Counted from the first letter of the stretch, positions 17,157 to 26,789 are shown. The stretch is DNA of 64,000 nucleotides from Candidatus Doudnabacteria bacterium (GCA_016186915.1 JACPKU010000006.1:350086-414085); one strand, 5' to 3'. The notes: generated by a model from the sequence alone, not told the origin. Numbers and translations: made by a program.

Positions 17157-17176
17157 AAACGATTACCAAACGAGTA

Positions 17177-17208
17177 GCAATAAAACTCCCGCAGGGGAGT
17201 TTTATTGC
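17177..17208. terminator. Bidirectional terminator
   Basis: GCAATAAAACTCCC-GCAG-GGGAGTTTTATTGC, a perfect 14-bp stem. Confidence 0.8.
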
Positions 17209-17234
17209 GTCTTTTGAAGCGGTTACCCGAGCGC

Positions 17235-17720
17235 CTATTCCACAATCAATTTTCCGACCATTCCCAAGGCTCGATGGTTGCCCACTGAGCAATAATATTC
17301 AAATTGTCCTGTCTTGTCTGCAACGAATTCCACAGTCGCTTTCTCCCCCGCCTGGATTACCGGGGTTTTAGCATTGAATTCGTCAATCGTCCAATCATGC
17401 GTGCCTTGCCCGTTTTCAAAATTAACGCGGACTGTGTCGCCCTTACTCACCCTGATCTCTTTGACAGAAAACTGAAACGGGGTTCCCACCAGCGCAAATT
17501 CCTTGACTGCTTGTTCACTCGCCGCTGTTTCCTCGCCCCCCATCATCTCCTCATTGTCCATCATCCCTTCTTCCCCCTCCATCATCTCGTCCATCTCGTC
17601 GCCTTTTGTCTCGTCAGGAGCAACTACCGGAGCAACCGCTTGTTGGCTGTTAAAAACGAAGAACCCGATTATGACCAGCACAACCACGACCAAAATAGTT
17701 ATTATTGATTTTGTATTCAT
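17235..17720 (-). CDS. Membrane-anchored cupredoxin (blue copper) protein with a Met/Glu-rich linker
   Basis: His (GTHD) and YYCSVGNHRALGM type-1 Cu ligands. Confidence 0.9.
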   Translation of the reverse strand: MNTKSIITILVVVVLVIIGFFVFNSQQAVAPVVAPDETKGDEMDEMMEGEEGMMDNEEMMGGEETAASEQAVKEFALVGTPFQFSVKEIRVSKGDTVRVNFENGQGTHDWTIDEFNAKTPVIQAGEKATVEFVADKTGQFEYYCSVGNHRALGMVGKLIVE

Positions 17721-17864
17721 ATCCGCTCTCCTTTTTGGTTAATTTATCTCATTATAATACACTTTCATTTTAATTCAAATATGCACGATTATGGGGTTAA
17801 AACAGGCCTTGACAGGACTTATACAAAGAGTACAATATAGGCTACAAATAATTAATCATAATTT

Positions 17865-18704
17865 ATGTTCAACAAAATTATTTCTGGTTCGATTGCTTTG
17901 AGTCTGGTGCTTCTGGCAGGCCCGGCGTCAGCAATGCCCAATCATCAGACTGCAGAACTTTCAGCTCCAGGCACAAACAGAGTCCTAACCCTGCCAACTG
18001 CTGCTGATAATTCCCCAGTAATTTCTTTGGGCACGGCCATAGATCCGCAAAGCGGAAAGGTTGTGGAAGGGATTGCCATCGTCCATCCCAAAAAAACCTA
18101 TGACCATAAACCACAACATGACGCCGCTAAAGCTGGCGGAAAAGGTGGCGGTAGTTCTTGTTATGCATTCCTTGCCAATGGCGCCAAATGGAAGAGCGTA
18201 GAAAATTGGGCAATAAATACCAACAATAACGAAAACCTGACCGGCTCCTTTGTGTTTGATAATTTTGCAGCCAGTCTTGATAAATGGGAAACTGCTGGTG
18301 GAGCCAATATTTTTGGCAATGGAGCTGTCACAAGTGATGTTTTAAGCGCTGATACCGAATCTCCAGACGGCGTGAACGAAGTCTACTTCGGCGATGTCGG
18401 GAGCCAAGGCGCGATCGCGGTCACGATTGTCTGGGGAATCTTCAGCGGCCCGCCGTTTGCCCGCGAATTAGTGGAATGGGACATGGTCTTGGATGAAGTT
18501 GATTTTGATTGGTCTGCCACAGGAGAAGCCGGCAAAATGGATTACGAAAATATCACCACGCATGAAATCGGCCACGCCGCCGGCATGGGGCATCCGGATG
18601 ACTCCTGCCTAGAAGAAACCATGTATCGATTTGCGGATTACGGCGAAACCAAAAAACGCGACTTGAATGCTGGAGACATCGCAGGGATCGATAAGCTTTA
18701 CTAA
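17865..18704 (+). CDS. Secreted matrixin/M10-like zinc metallopeptidase
   Basis: Signal peptide, HEIGHAAGMGH, Met-turn ETMY. Confidence 0.88.
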   Translation: MFNKIISGSIALSLVLLAGPASAMPNHQTAELSAPGTNRVLTLPTAADNSPVISLGTAIDPQSGKVVEGIAIVHPKKTYDHKPQHDAAKAGGKGGGSSCYAFLANGAKWKSVENWAINTNNNENLTGSFVFDNFAASLDKWETAGGANIFGNGAVTSDVLSADTESPDGVNEVYFGDVGSQGAIAVTIVWGIFSGPPFARELVEWDMVLDEVDFDWSATGEAGKMDYENITTHEIGHAAGMGHPDDSCLEETMYRFADYGETKKRDLNAGDIAGIDKLY

Positions 18705-18727
18705 ATCCACAGAGTTGCTGAAGACTA

Positions 18728-18758
18728 AAACACAGCCGCCAATGGCGGGTGTGTTTTT
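18728..18758 (+). terminator. Intrinsic terminator
   Basis: AAAACAC-AG-CCGCC..GGCGG-GTGTGTTTTT. Confidence 0.65.
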
Positions 18759-18925
18759 ATCTCAATTTTTTATTCGAACGGAACCTTGGCAGGACAATTA
18801 CGCCAAAAAAATCGTAGAATCATAAAATCTGATCTGCTTAAGATAAAACTGGATTCAGAGTAGGTATTACTACAAGGTTAATTTGCCTCGTTAATTTATA
18901 TTAGACTTTAATCCTGGCTTAACCC

Positions 18926-18974
18926 TTGACAAGGCTTGGGAGGCTATGATACTATTCTAATAGTTATTAGAATA
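18926..18974 (+). promoter_or_regulatory. Promoter with ArsR-type operator
   Basis: TTGACA at 18926; perfect 10-2-10 IR TATTCTAATA-GT-TATTAGAATA at 18953-18974. Confidence 0.75.
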
Positions 18975-18986
18975 CTAGAATTGTTT

Positions 18987-19295
18987 ATGGTAAATACAGT
19001 CCAAACTACCAAATATCCCCTAACCCAAGGCTTGGTCAAAAAAGCCAGGCTTTTAGACATTGCCGGGGATCAAACCAGGATTCGAATCTTGTGCTTTATG
19101 TTCGATAACAACCAAGCTTGTGTCTCTGAAATAGCAGAAGCAGTTGGTGCGAGCATTGGCAGCGTTTCTCATCATTTACAGTTGATGAGAGATAATGGTT
19201 TGTTTTCTACTGTACGCGATGGCAACAATATTTGTTACATCCTGACTCAAAACGATTTCACCAAGCAATTAAAAAAAATTATATGTCAAAAGTAA
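18987..19295 (+). CDS. ArsR/SmtB transcriptional repressor
   Basis: GDQTRIRIL..CVSEIA..VSHHLQLM..RDG..Y. Confidence 0.9.
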   Translation: MVNTVQTTKYPLTQGLVKKARLLDIAGDQTRIRILCFMFDNNQACVSEIAEAVGASIGSVSHHLQLMRDNGLFSTVRDGNNICYILTQNDFTKQLKKIICQK

Positions 19296-19519
19296 CTATT
19301 TATACCACGCAAACCTGTCAATTCTGCAAAATGGCTAAAATGTATTTCAAAGACAATAATGTGGAATACATAGAAAAAGATGTCACCACCAATGCCGCTC
19401 TGCAGCAGGAAATGATCGAGAAGTCCGGCCAGATGGGTGTGCCGGTTATTATTGTGGGTGACCAAGTCGTGGTTGGGTTTGATAAGCCGAGACTGCAAGA
19501 ATTGATAACTGCTGTCTAA
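19283..19519 (+). CDS. Glutaredoxin (NrdH/YruB-like)
   Basis: CQFC, SGQMGVPVI, VVGFD. Confidence 0.92.
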   Translation: MSKVTIYTTQTCQFCKMAKMYFKDNNVEYIEKDVTTNAALQQEMIEKSGQMGVPVIIVGDQVVVGFDKPRLQELITAV

Positions 19520-20568
19520 TGAAATTGCCAAAAATGCAATCCCCTATCAGAGTAGTCTTGTTCGTTGCATTATTAATTTTAGTGATTGTTTTTGCTCGAG
19601 AAAAATTTTTCAGCGAAGAATTCGAGATACCACAAGGCGCTACAACTTCATTGTCAGAAAATATGACTGATAAAAAACAAACAGTGGAACCAAAACAGAT
19701 TTTTGTGACTGACGGTGTGAAGCACACAATTCCTCTCAATGAAATCGTGGGTGGCGGCCCACCCAAAGATGGCATTCCCTCAATTGACGACCCAAAGTTT
19801 GTTTCCATCGCCGAGGCTAATAAATTTGTATCTGATGAAGAACCTGGAATCGCCATAAATATAGATGGAGTGCAACGGTTCTACCCTTTCCAAATTCTAG
19901 TCTGGCATGAAATCGTCAATGATACTATTAATGGCAAAAGGATTTTGATTAGTTATTGCCCCTTGTGCCTAACAGCTATAGTGTTTGATCCGGTTGTCAA
20001 CGGGAAGCAAGTAGAATTCGGCGTATCTGGTAAACTTTGGAACTCTAATTTGTTGATGTATGATCGCCAAACCGATTCATTGTGGTCTCAAGCATTAGGA
20101 GAAGCAGTGTTAGGCGAACGAACAACTGACAAATTAGAAGTTTTGGCTTCTGATATCCTCAAATTTGGTGTTTGGAAGTCTGCCAACACAAAAGGTGAAG
20201 TGCTGTCCCGCGACACCGGGGCCACTAGATTTTACGGTCAAGACCCTTACGGGGATTACTATACCAACAACTCGGCATTATTTTTCCCTGTGGCCACTGC
20301 GGATGACAGGCTCGAACGAAAAGATTTTGTGCTTGGTATAGTGATCAACGGGCAAGCTAAAGCATATTATACTGAAGCCGTGAAAAAAGTTGGAAGAGTG
20401 GAAGAAAAATTTGCTGGCAAAACAATTATTGCTGAGTATGATCCAAGTCTCGATGTTGTGCGAATTTTTTCCGCCGAAGGCGGAAAAAAACTGGTCCGGA
20501 TCAACCCGTTTGGTTCATTTTGGTTTTCCTGGGTCGCCTCTCATCCAGACACAGAACTTTATAAATAA
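19519..20568 (+). CDS. DUF3179 family exported redox protein
   Basis: GGPPKDGIPSID, WHEIVND, YCPLC, FGVSGKL, SNLLMYDRQTDSLWSQ. Confidence 0.88.
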   Translation: MKLPKMQSPIRVVLFVALLILVIVFAREKFFSEEFEIPQGATTSLSENMTDKKQTVEPKQIFVTDGVKHTIPLNEIVGGGPPKDGIPSIDDPKFVSIAEANKFVSDEEPGIAINIDGVQRFYPFQILVWHEIVNDTINGKRILISYCPLCLTAIVFDPVVNGKQVEFGVSGKLWNSNLLMYDRQTDSLWSQALGEAVLGERTTDKLEVLASDILKFGVWKSANTKGEVLSRDTGATRFYGQDPYGDYYTNNSALFFPVATADDRLERKDFVLGIVINGQAKAYYTEAVKKVGRVEEKFAGKTIIAEYDPSLDVVRIFSAEGGKKLVRINPFGSFWFSWVASHPDTELYK

Positions 20569-20577
20569 TCACCATCT

Positions 20578-21111
20578 ATGCAAAAACTAACAATTGCCAT
20601 AATAATCATTGTGGCATTCTTCGGAGCATTACTGCTATTGAATAACAATCAATCAAGCGAGAGATCGAGTTCAGGGACTGGTCAATCTAGTTATACCCAA
20701 GTTCCTGATTTTTCCTTCGAAGATTTCAACGGCAACACGATCAGCCTTGCCGATTTCCAAGGCCAGCCAAAAATTATTAATTCTTGGGCGGTGTGGTGTC
20801 CGTTTTGCGTGGAAGAATTAAAAGCATTTGCTGAGGCCAAACAAGAATTGGGTGACGAAATCGCAATCATTGCGATTGACAGAGCAGAAAGTCTTCGCTT
20901 AACCAAAAGATTTACTGACGACTTGGGCGTGACTGATAAGTTGATCTTTCTTCTAGATCCTAAAGATTCTTTTTACCGCTCGATCGGCGGCTTCTCTATG
21001 CCTGAAACTTTGTTCGTGGATGGTGACAATAATATCCTGGAACATAAACGAGGGCCCATGACCACTTCTGAAATTATAGAAAAATCTAAAACTCACTTTA
21101 ATCTCGACTAA
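20578..21111 (+). CDS. TlpA/ResA-like thiol-disulfide oxidoreductase
   Basis: N-terminal anchor, WAVWCPFC, MPET. Confidence 0.9.
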   Translation: MQKLTIAIIIIVAFFGALLLLNNNQSSERSSSGTGQSSYTQVPDFSFEDFNGNTISLADFQGQPKIINSWAVWCPFCVEELKAFAEAKQELGDEIAIIAIDRAESLRLTKRFTDDLGVTDKLIFLLDPKDSFYRSIGGFSMPETLFVDGDNNILEHKRGPMTTSEIIEKSKTHFNLD

Positions 21112-21113
21112 TT

Positions 21114-21869
21114 ATGGATACAGCACTAATAATTCCAGCGTTTATCGCAGGCATCCTTACTTTCCTAGCCCCTTGCACGCTCCCCTTGGTACCAGGCTAT
21201 TTAGGCTTTATCAGCGGGTCTTCTTTGGAAGATCTCAAAGACCCTGCCAAAGCCAAACGAGTTAGATGGAGTATCTTCCTCAATGGTCTTTTGTTTATCA
21301 TAGGATTCAGCATCATCTTTATCCTCTTAGGCACGCTGGCTGGATTTGCCGGCCAAATCATCGCACCTTATCGCCTTTGGCTAACTAAACTTGGGGGTGT
21401 ATTTGTGATTATTTTTGGGTTATTCATGCTCAACATCCTTAAGCTTCCTTTTTTGGCCAGCGAAACTCAGTTCAAAACTCCCAAACTGTTCCAGCGAGGC
21501 CGCCCTACGAACTCTTTGATCCTAGGTTCGGCTTTCGGATTCGGCTGGACACCGTGTGTCGGACCAATCCTCGCTTCTGTCCTCCTGCTCGCATCTACCA
21601 CAACCACTGCCTTGCAAGGCGCTTTCTTGCTTTTGATCTTCTCGCTCGGTCTGGCCATCCCTTTCTTGGCCATAGCCTTAGGGATCGGGTCGGCTGCCAA
21701 ATACATAGGCAAAATCACCAGATACTTAAATGCCGTATCCATTATTGGCGGCGTATTTCTGATTTTTTTAGGAGTCCTTCTCCTAACCGACAATGTTGTC
21801 TTACTAATTTCCTGGGGTTACCAGCTGTTTGACTTTATTAACTACGAAAAAATAATTAATTATTTATAG
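21114..21869 (+). CDS. ccdA: CcdA/DsbD-family transmembrane electron transporter
   Basis: APCTLPLVPGY and GWTPCVGPIL. Confidence 0.92.
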   Translation: MDTALIIPAFIAGILTFLAPCTLPLVPGYLGFISGSSLEDLKDPAKAKRVRWSIFLNGLLFIIGFSIIFILLGTLAGFAGQIIAPYRLWLTKLGGVFVIIFGLFMLNILKLPFLASETQFKTPKLFQRGRPTNSLILGSAFGFGWTPCVGPILASVLLLASTTTTALQGAFLLLIFSLGLAIPFLAIALGIGSAAKYIGKITRYLNAVSIIGGVFLIFLGVLLLTDNVVLLISWGYQLFDFINYEKIINYL

Positions 21870-21871
21870 GT

Positions 21872-22438
21872 ATGGCTAAAAATAGAGAACGTGGAGTAAA
21901 TAAAGCCGCGTTGATTACTTGGATCGCGTCTGGTTTAATATTAGTAGGTCTAGTGGTGTTTGTGGCCACACGAAATTCTCCGGATGGCAATGTCCAAGGT
22001 ATCGAGATTGCGAATGGCAGTGCTGATGTCGACAAGGCCGGCCTTGCTGATTTTACTCTGACGAGCCTGGATGGCGCTGATATTGCCTTAGCTGGCTATC
22101 GCGGGCAAAAACCTGTGATTTTGGATTTTTGGGCCACCTGGTGTCCCAATTGCCGCCGGGACATGCCAGTCTTGAACAGGCTTTATCAAAAATACAAAGA
22201 AGATGTAGAAGTGATTGCTGTTAATCTGCGTGAAAATGAACGCACTGTCCGGCGTTTTGTCGAGGAGGAAGGATTTACTTTTCCTGTGGTGCTTGATCCC
22301 AGAGGAAAAGTATCCAGAGAGTTTGGAATCCAATACACCAACACCCATGTGTTTATAAACAAGAATGGTCGAATCTTGAAAGTCTTGCCAGGTGACATAG
22401 CAGAATCTGATTTTTTGTCTTTGATTAACGAAAGTTAA
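21872..22438 (+). CDS. TlpA-like thiol-disulfide oxidoreductase
   Basis: DFWATWCPNC with an N-terminal TM. Confidence 0.9.
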   Translation: MAKNRERGVNKAALITWIASGLILVGLVVFVATRNSPDGNVQGIEIANGSADVDKAGLADFTLTSLDGADIALAGYRGQKPVILDFWATWCPNCRRDMPVLNRLYQKYKEDVEVIAVNLRENERTVRRFVEEEGFTFPVVLDPRGKVSREFGIQYTNTHVFINKNGRILKVLPGDIAESDFLSLINES

Positions 22439-22455
22439 AAAGGAGCATTTAATCT

Positions 22456-22758
22456 ATGAAAGGAGCAGAATTCTTGAAAGCAATATGGAATGGAAAAATA
22501 ATTGCGGAGAGCGACGATACGGTGGTGGTTGAAAGTAATCACTATTTTCCCGCTGCATCGGTAAAAATGGAGTATCTTAAAAAAAGCGGGAACAAATATA
22601 CCTGTCACTGGAAAGGGGTTTGCGATTATTATGATGTAGCGGTTGACGGCGAGGTTTGCCAAGATTGCTCTTGGATGTATCCTGAACCGACCAAGCCGGC
22701 ACAGTCCATCAAAGGCCGTTTTGCTTTTTGGCAAGGGGTAAAAATCGTAAGCAGTTGA
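22456..22758 (+). CDS. DUF427 family protein
   Basis: AIWNGKIIAESD..YFP..CHWKG..YY..W.YPEP..AFW. Confidence 0.88.
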   Translation: MKGAEFLKAIWNGKIIAESDDTVVVESNHYFPAASVKMEYLKKSGNKYTCHWKGVCDYYDVAVDGEVCQDCSWMYPEPTKPAQSIKGRFAFWQGVKIVSS

Positions 22759-22766
22759 CTGTAATT

Positions 22767-23234
22767 ATGATCGAGCATTCAAAACCGAATTTTAACCAAG
22801 TTACCCAAAACATCTGGATCGGCAACAATATGTGCTGCCAGCTGCACGGTTCAGAATTGATTAAACTGGGCTTTGACGCCGACATTGACCTGGAAGATAC
22901 CCGGGCAGAAGAACCGCCGCATACCAAGATCTATCTTTGGCTGCCCACAGTCAATCACACCCCGCCTAGCATGGATCAGCTGGCCGCGGGAGTGGCGGCT
23001 CTCAAAACCTTGGTTGAGCGCAACCTGAAAGTTTACGTCCACTGCCAAAACGGCCATGGTCGCGCGCCGACTCTGGTAGCGGCTTACTTCGTAAGCCTTG
23101 GTCAATCCGTCGAGGAAGCGATAGCGGTAATCAAAGCCAAACGGCCGGCGATTCATTTGCAGGATTCCCAAATTGAGGCGCTTAAAGAGTTTCAACGGAA
23201 AGCGAATTTGTCGCGCAGGCTTTTAAGAAAATAG
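22767..23234 (+). CDS. Dual-specificity protein phosphatase-like protein
   Basis: VYVHCQNGHGRA (HCX5R). Confidence 0.88.
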   Translation: MIEHSKPNFNQVTQNIWIGNNMCCQLHGSELIKLGFDADIDLEDTRAEEPPHTKIYLWLPTVNHTPPSMDQLAAGVAALKTLVERNLKVYVHCQNGHGRAPTLVAAYFVSLGQSVEEAIAVIKAKRPAIHLQDSQIEALKEFQRKANLSRRLLRK

Positions 23235-24052
23235 TGTTTTTCAAATTCCGCGAATTCCACATATTGACTGGCCCGGCTGATGAAAATTTCGTCCTGTTCC
23301 TGCAAAGGGAAAATATTTTCCCCGTCGGCTACCAGCAAAACATCTGCTGATTGACTGGTGTTTGCAATCTTGAGTAATTCTTTCCGGCGAAATCGGCTGA
23401 TGATTAATTTAACTTTTTGATTGCCGTTGAGGACCAGACTGGGGGTTGGCAAATTATGGTCCAGCAATTCGGTCAGGATAATATTGTTGGTGTCGGGCAT
23501 GACAATCGGACCGTGAGCCGATAAATTGTAAGCAGTAGATCCTGTCGCGGTAGAGAGCAAGGCTCCTGTTCCCCGAATATATTGGACCGGATGTCCGTCG
23601 ATTTCGGTTGTAATTTCCACCATTCCGAGTGGATTGATCACCACCGTTTCATTGAGCGCCAAAGTTTTATAGATTACGCGTTGCCGGCGCTTGACCTCGG
23701 CTTTGAGCATAACTCGCCGACTTACTTGATATTGGCCGGCGAATAATTTTGATAAATAATGAAAAATTCTTTTTGGTTCCCGAACAGAAGCTAAAAATCC
23801 CAATCTCCCAAGATTAAGCCCGACCACCACCGCTCCTTTTTTCTGGCAGAGCTTCGCCGCCTTTAGAATGGTGCCGTCGCCGCCAATAACAATAAGCGCT
23901 TGGTAATTTTTGTCGTCAATCCTGACTTGCGGGGATCTTTTTAACCAAGTTAAAATTTTATTCTTCAAATTCAGAGCCGCCGCATCCGGGGAAGAAAAAT
24001 AAAAACTGATCCTTTTGATTTTTTTCAACCCGTTAGAAATCTTGCGCTTCAT
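23192..24052 (-). CDS. nadK: NAD(+) kinase
   Basis: GGDGTIL, GRLGFL, LNE, TATGSTAYNLSAHGP; the first 9 residues derive from a MITE. Confidence 0.92.
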   Translation of the reverse strand: MKRKISNGLKKIKRISFYFSSPDAAALNLKNKILTWLKRSPQVRIDDKNYQALIVIGGDGTILKAAKLCQKKGAVVVGLNLGRLGFLASVREPKRIFHYLSKLFAGQYQVSRRVMLKAEVKRRQRVIYKTLALNETVVINPLGMVEITTEIDGHPVQYIRGTGALLSTATGSTAYNLSAHGPIVMPDTNNIILTELLDHNLPTPSLVLNGNQKVKLIISRFRRKELLKIANTSQSADVLLVADGENIFPLQEQDEIFISRASQYVEFAEFEKHYFLKSLRDKFAFR

Positions 24053-24135
24053 CTTAGTTTAATCGTTAAAAATTAGTTTCGCATTAATAACGTAAAAATT
24101 ACCCACAACAGTTATCTTGTTTATTTCTAACGGGT
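24028..24135 (-). mobile_element. MITE, copy 1 (TIR ACCCGTTAGAAAT, TTCA/TGAA duplication)
   Basis: 13-bp perfect IR with TTCA directly repeated at 24024-24027 and 24136-24139. Confidence 0.75.
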
Positions 24136-24136
24136 T

Positions 24137-24844
24137 TCATGACGGCGGATTCATGCCCTGTTTTAATTTTAAGCAGTATAAACAATTATTGAGAATTTTT
24201 TCCTGATGCAGTCTGATTACCCGCCCTTCACCGTATTCAATCATGCCCTGCCGGATCAGCTCATTCAGACTCTTGGTCACGGTTTCCCTGCTGACCCCGG
24301 TCATGTCAGCCAGCTCCTGATGAGTCAATTTTTCTTCAATTTCCAAAACACCGCCAAGATCTTTGCCGTGAGCGACCGCGTGCCGAAGCAGCTCATTAAG
24401 CAAACGGGTTTCAGCGCCCGCCAAGGCCATGTCTTTGATTTTGCTTTCTGCCTGATGCAATCTGTCGCGCAGGGTTACTAGCAGAATCATGGCAACCTCC
24501 GGATATTTTTTAAGTAAAATATTTAAATCTTGCGCGCTGATGACACAGGCTGTTGTAGTCTGATCAGCTTGCGCGAAATTATCCGCCGGAAGAACGTGAG
24601 CAGTCCCAGTGAAAGAAAGATCACCGAAGAAATCCCCGTTTTTTAAGACTTGGATGACAATTTTACGCCCTTCCGCGGACCGGTAAAGTTTGACTTCGCC
24701 AGCGAGAAGCAAGTAGATTTTTGACTCTTCGCCGCCGCGAAAATAAATCATTTCGCCTTTTTGAAATGTCTTTTTAACGCACAGGCGGTTTAACTCTGCC
24801 AGGACAAGGGCTGGCAATTTTTCGAAACCAGGGAGGTTGTGCAT
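24137..24844 (-). CDS. Crp/Fnr-family transcriptional regulator
   Basis: cNMP-binding fold (GEVKL, GDFFGD), HTH LTHQELADMTGVSRETVTKSL, C-terminal CLYC. Confidence 0.93.
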   Translation of the reverse strand: MHNLPGFEKLPALVLAELNRLCVKKTFQKGEMIYFRGGEESKIYLLLAGEVKLYRSAEGRKIVIQVLKNGDFFGDLSFTGTAHVLPADNFAQADQTTTACVISAQDLNILLKKYPEVAMILLVTLRDRLHQAESKIKDMALAGAETRLLNELLRHAVAHGKDLGGVLEIEEKLTHQELADMTGVSRETVTKSLNELIRQGMIEYGEGRVIRLHQEKILNNCLYCLKLKQGMNPPS

Positions 24845-25075
24845 AGTCGGTTAATCGGCTAATTCGCTGGTAGCATAACCTAGTTTTCTCATTTCTATAA
24901 ATAAGGTCTTCAATATCGTTTCTCTTCTTAATTGTTCAGCTTCACTGATCAGTTCCATATGCTTCCAATTCAGCTAAGAGCTTGGCTTCGTTATATGCTT
25001 CAGGATTGGTTTCGGATGGCGATGTTTCTCCGAGCATATTCTAAGTTTAGCACCCCCGGGCATTTTAAACAATAA

Positions 25076-25109
25076 AAAAGAGCCGCTAAGATCATAGGTT
25101 CTTAGCGGC
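25076..25109 (-). terminator. Intrinsic terminator
   Basis: GCCGCTAAGA..TCTTAGCGGC with a U tract on the minus strand. Confidence 0.7.
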
Positions 25110-25130
25110 GAAGCTCAGCGACATGACCTT

Positions 25131-25940
25131 TCAGCAGCGGTAGTCCGGCGCCCACTTGGTGTTGCGGGACCGAGGAACTGGCATGGCAGCGGCGTATGGC
25201 TCGGTTTGACCAAAGAACTTGGCCCGGATGCGCGCTTTCTCGTGCACCAGCCGCGCCCGCGTGCGATTGTCGTCGGTCACTCCCAGGCGCACCACCACGG
25301 CATCCATGATCGCGTCCAGCGCATCCTTCTGCGCCGAAGCGGCTTTCTCGCAGGTCGCGCCCATGAACATCTCGGGCCCGATCGCAAGCACGATCGGCAG
25401 ATGCACGTCGTCTTCCAGTTCGGTGTCAGTCTGGCAAATCAGGCCGATGGTCAGGGCGCCTCGCTTGGCGGCCTGATTTGCAGCGCCCCGGGTGTAAGGA
25501 GTGCGGCCAGTGGCGGAGACGCAAATGAGAACGTCTTGCTTGGTCAAGTTGAGCCGGTTGACTTCGGCTTCGCCTTCGTCCCAGCTGTCCTCCAGCTCTT
25601 CGCAGCCCAGCGGCTCGAAGATTTTTGCTCCTCCCGCCACCGCGTAGGCGAACTGGGCTGGACTGATCGGTTCATGGTTCTGCGGCAGTTCTCGCATGAC
25701 GCTCATGCCGGCCACTCCTGACCCGCCAGCGCCCAGGGTAATGACCCGGCCGCCCTTGCGGATGCGGTCCACGATCATAACCGCGGCCTGTTCCAGGGCC
25801 GTCGCTGCGCCCAGCAGCGCTTCGTACACGCGCACGACCTCGTCGATGCGATGCTCAATGATCTTGCACGTGGTCCAGTTGCCGATACCGACGGTGTTCC
25901 GATTGATTTCCTTCTCCGGACTCCATTGCTTAGTCTTCAT
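25131..25940 (-). CDS. SIS-domain protein, MurQ/GKRP-like (divergent)
   Basis: GGRVITLGAGGSG, VAGG..E.LED, VSATGRTPY, IGPE; lacks several canonical MurQ motifs (GTSGRLG, GSTRMK). Confidence 0.75.
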   Translation of the reverse strand: MKTKQWSPEKEINRNTVGIGNWTTCKIIEHRIDEVVRVYEALLGAATALEQAAVMIVDRIRKGGRVITLGAGGSGVAGMSVMRELPQNHEPISPAQFAYAVAGGAKIFEPLGCEELEDSWDEGEAEVNRLNLTKQDVLICVSATGRTPYTRGAANQAAKRGALTIGLICQTDTELEDDVHLPIVLAIGPEMFMGATCEKAASAQKDALDAIMDAVVVRLGVTDDNRTRARLVHEKARIRAKFFGQTEPYAAAMPVPRSRNTKWAPDYRC

Positions 25941-25973
25941 GACTTAATCCTCCTTTTTGGATTGTCAGATTGT

Positions 25974-26016
25974 ATCATACTGTGCTTTCCCATCCGGTTC
26001 TGTGAACTACATTACA
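25974..26016 (-). promoter_or_regulatory. Class II Crp/Fnr promoter for the SIS gene
   Basis: Box TGTGA-ACTACA-TTACA at 26001-26016 and TATGAT on the minus strand at 25979-25974. Confidence 0.75.
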
Positions 26017-26073
26017 AAAAACCCCCTTTTTCGAGGGGGTTGTCAGGTTGCGTGATTTAGCTGAACTCTTGAG

Positions 26074-26775
26074 TTAAAAAACTTTGACGATTCCGGTATT
26101 GAAATTGGGCCTGCTGCCGGGTTTGATTTGGTCGTACAAATATTTGGGAATTCCCAGATCAGCCACAAAAATCTTGCCGGAAAGTTTTCGGTCACCACTG
26201 GTCTTAAACGCGGTTTTGGGCAGGGCAAGACTAAGGGTCGCGGAAGCTGCAATACATTCCGCAGCACACTTGCCAGTTGTCGCGTCAAGACCGGAAGGCA
26301 AATCATAGGCAATAGTGAGGCCTGGCGCCTGATTGATCAGCCGAATAATTTCCGCAAACGGATTTTCAATCGTGCCCTTCAAGTGATAGCCAAAAATAGC
26401 GTCAATTAAAATATCTGCGTTGCGTATGGTCTTGGCGGCCTGCAACTTGTTTTTCCTAAAAGACAGAACAGGGATACCCATATTGCCCACCAGCTGCAAA
26501 TGGTGTTGGGCGTTTTGATTAAGGTTCGGATCAGTCAAGATTGCTTTGACTTTTAAGCCGGCATTGGCAAGAAACCGGGCGGCTGACAAGCCGTCCCCGC
26601 CGTTATTGCCTTTCCCGACAATTATCGCAACTTTGGCGGTTTTTGGGATTTTTAGCAGCCGGAAGAGCTGGGCCATGTGCCAGCCGGCCAACTCCATCAT
26701 TTGCAGAATCTCAAGCCCGCTGTCCACGGCCAGCCGGTCCAATTTTTCCATTTGTTTAGCAGTGGCGAAATACAT
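26074..26775 (-). CDS. nnrE: NAD(P)H-hydrate epimerase (YjeF N-terminal), copy 1
   Basis: LQMMELAG, GKGNNGGDG, IDAIFG, DLPSG, VADLGIP. Confidence 0.92.
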   Translation of the reverse strand: MYFATAKQMEKLDRLAVDSGLEILQMMELAGWHMAQLFRLLKIPKTAKVAIIVGKGNNGGDGLSAARFLANAGLKVKAILTDPNLNQNAQHHLQLVGNMGIPVLSFRKNKLQAAKTIRNADILIDAIFGYHLKGTIENPFAEIIRLINQAPGLTIAYDLPSGLDATTGKCAAECIAASATLSLALPKTAFKTSGDRKLSGKIFVADLGIPKYLYDQIKPGSRPNFNTGIVKVF

Positions 26776-26789
26776 AAGAGCCAGTTCTT

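Noticed and set aside
19519-22438. Selenoproteins or UGA recoding among the redox genes
   Set aside because: All active sites have ordinary Cys codons, and TGA acts as stop in rpsO and others (code 11).
24851-25038. Possible frameshifted small gene upstream of crp
   Set aside because: Only short broken frames with no recognisable family.
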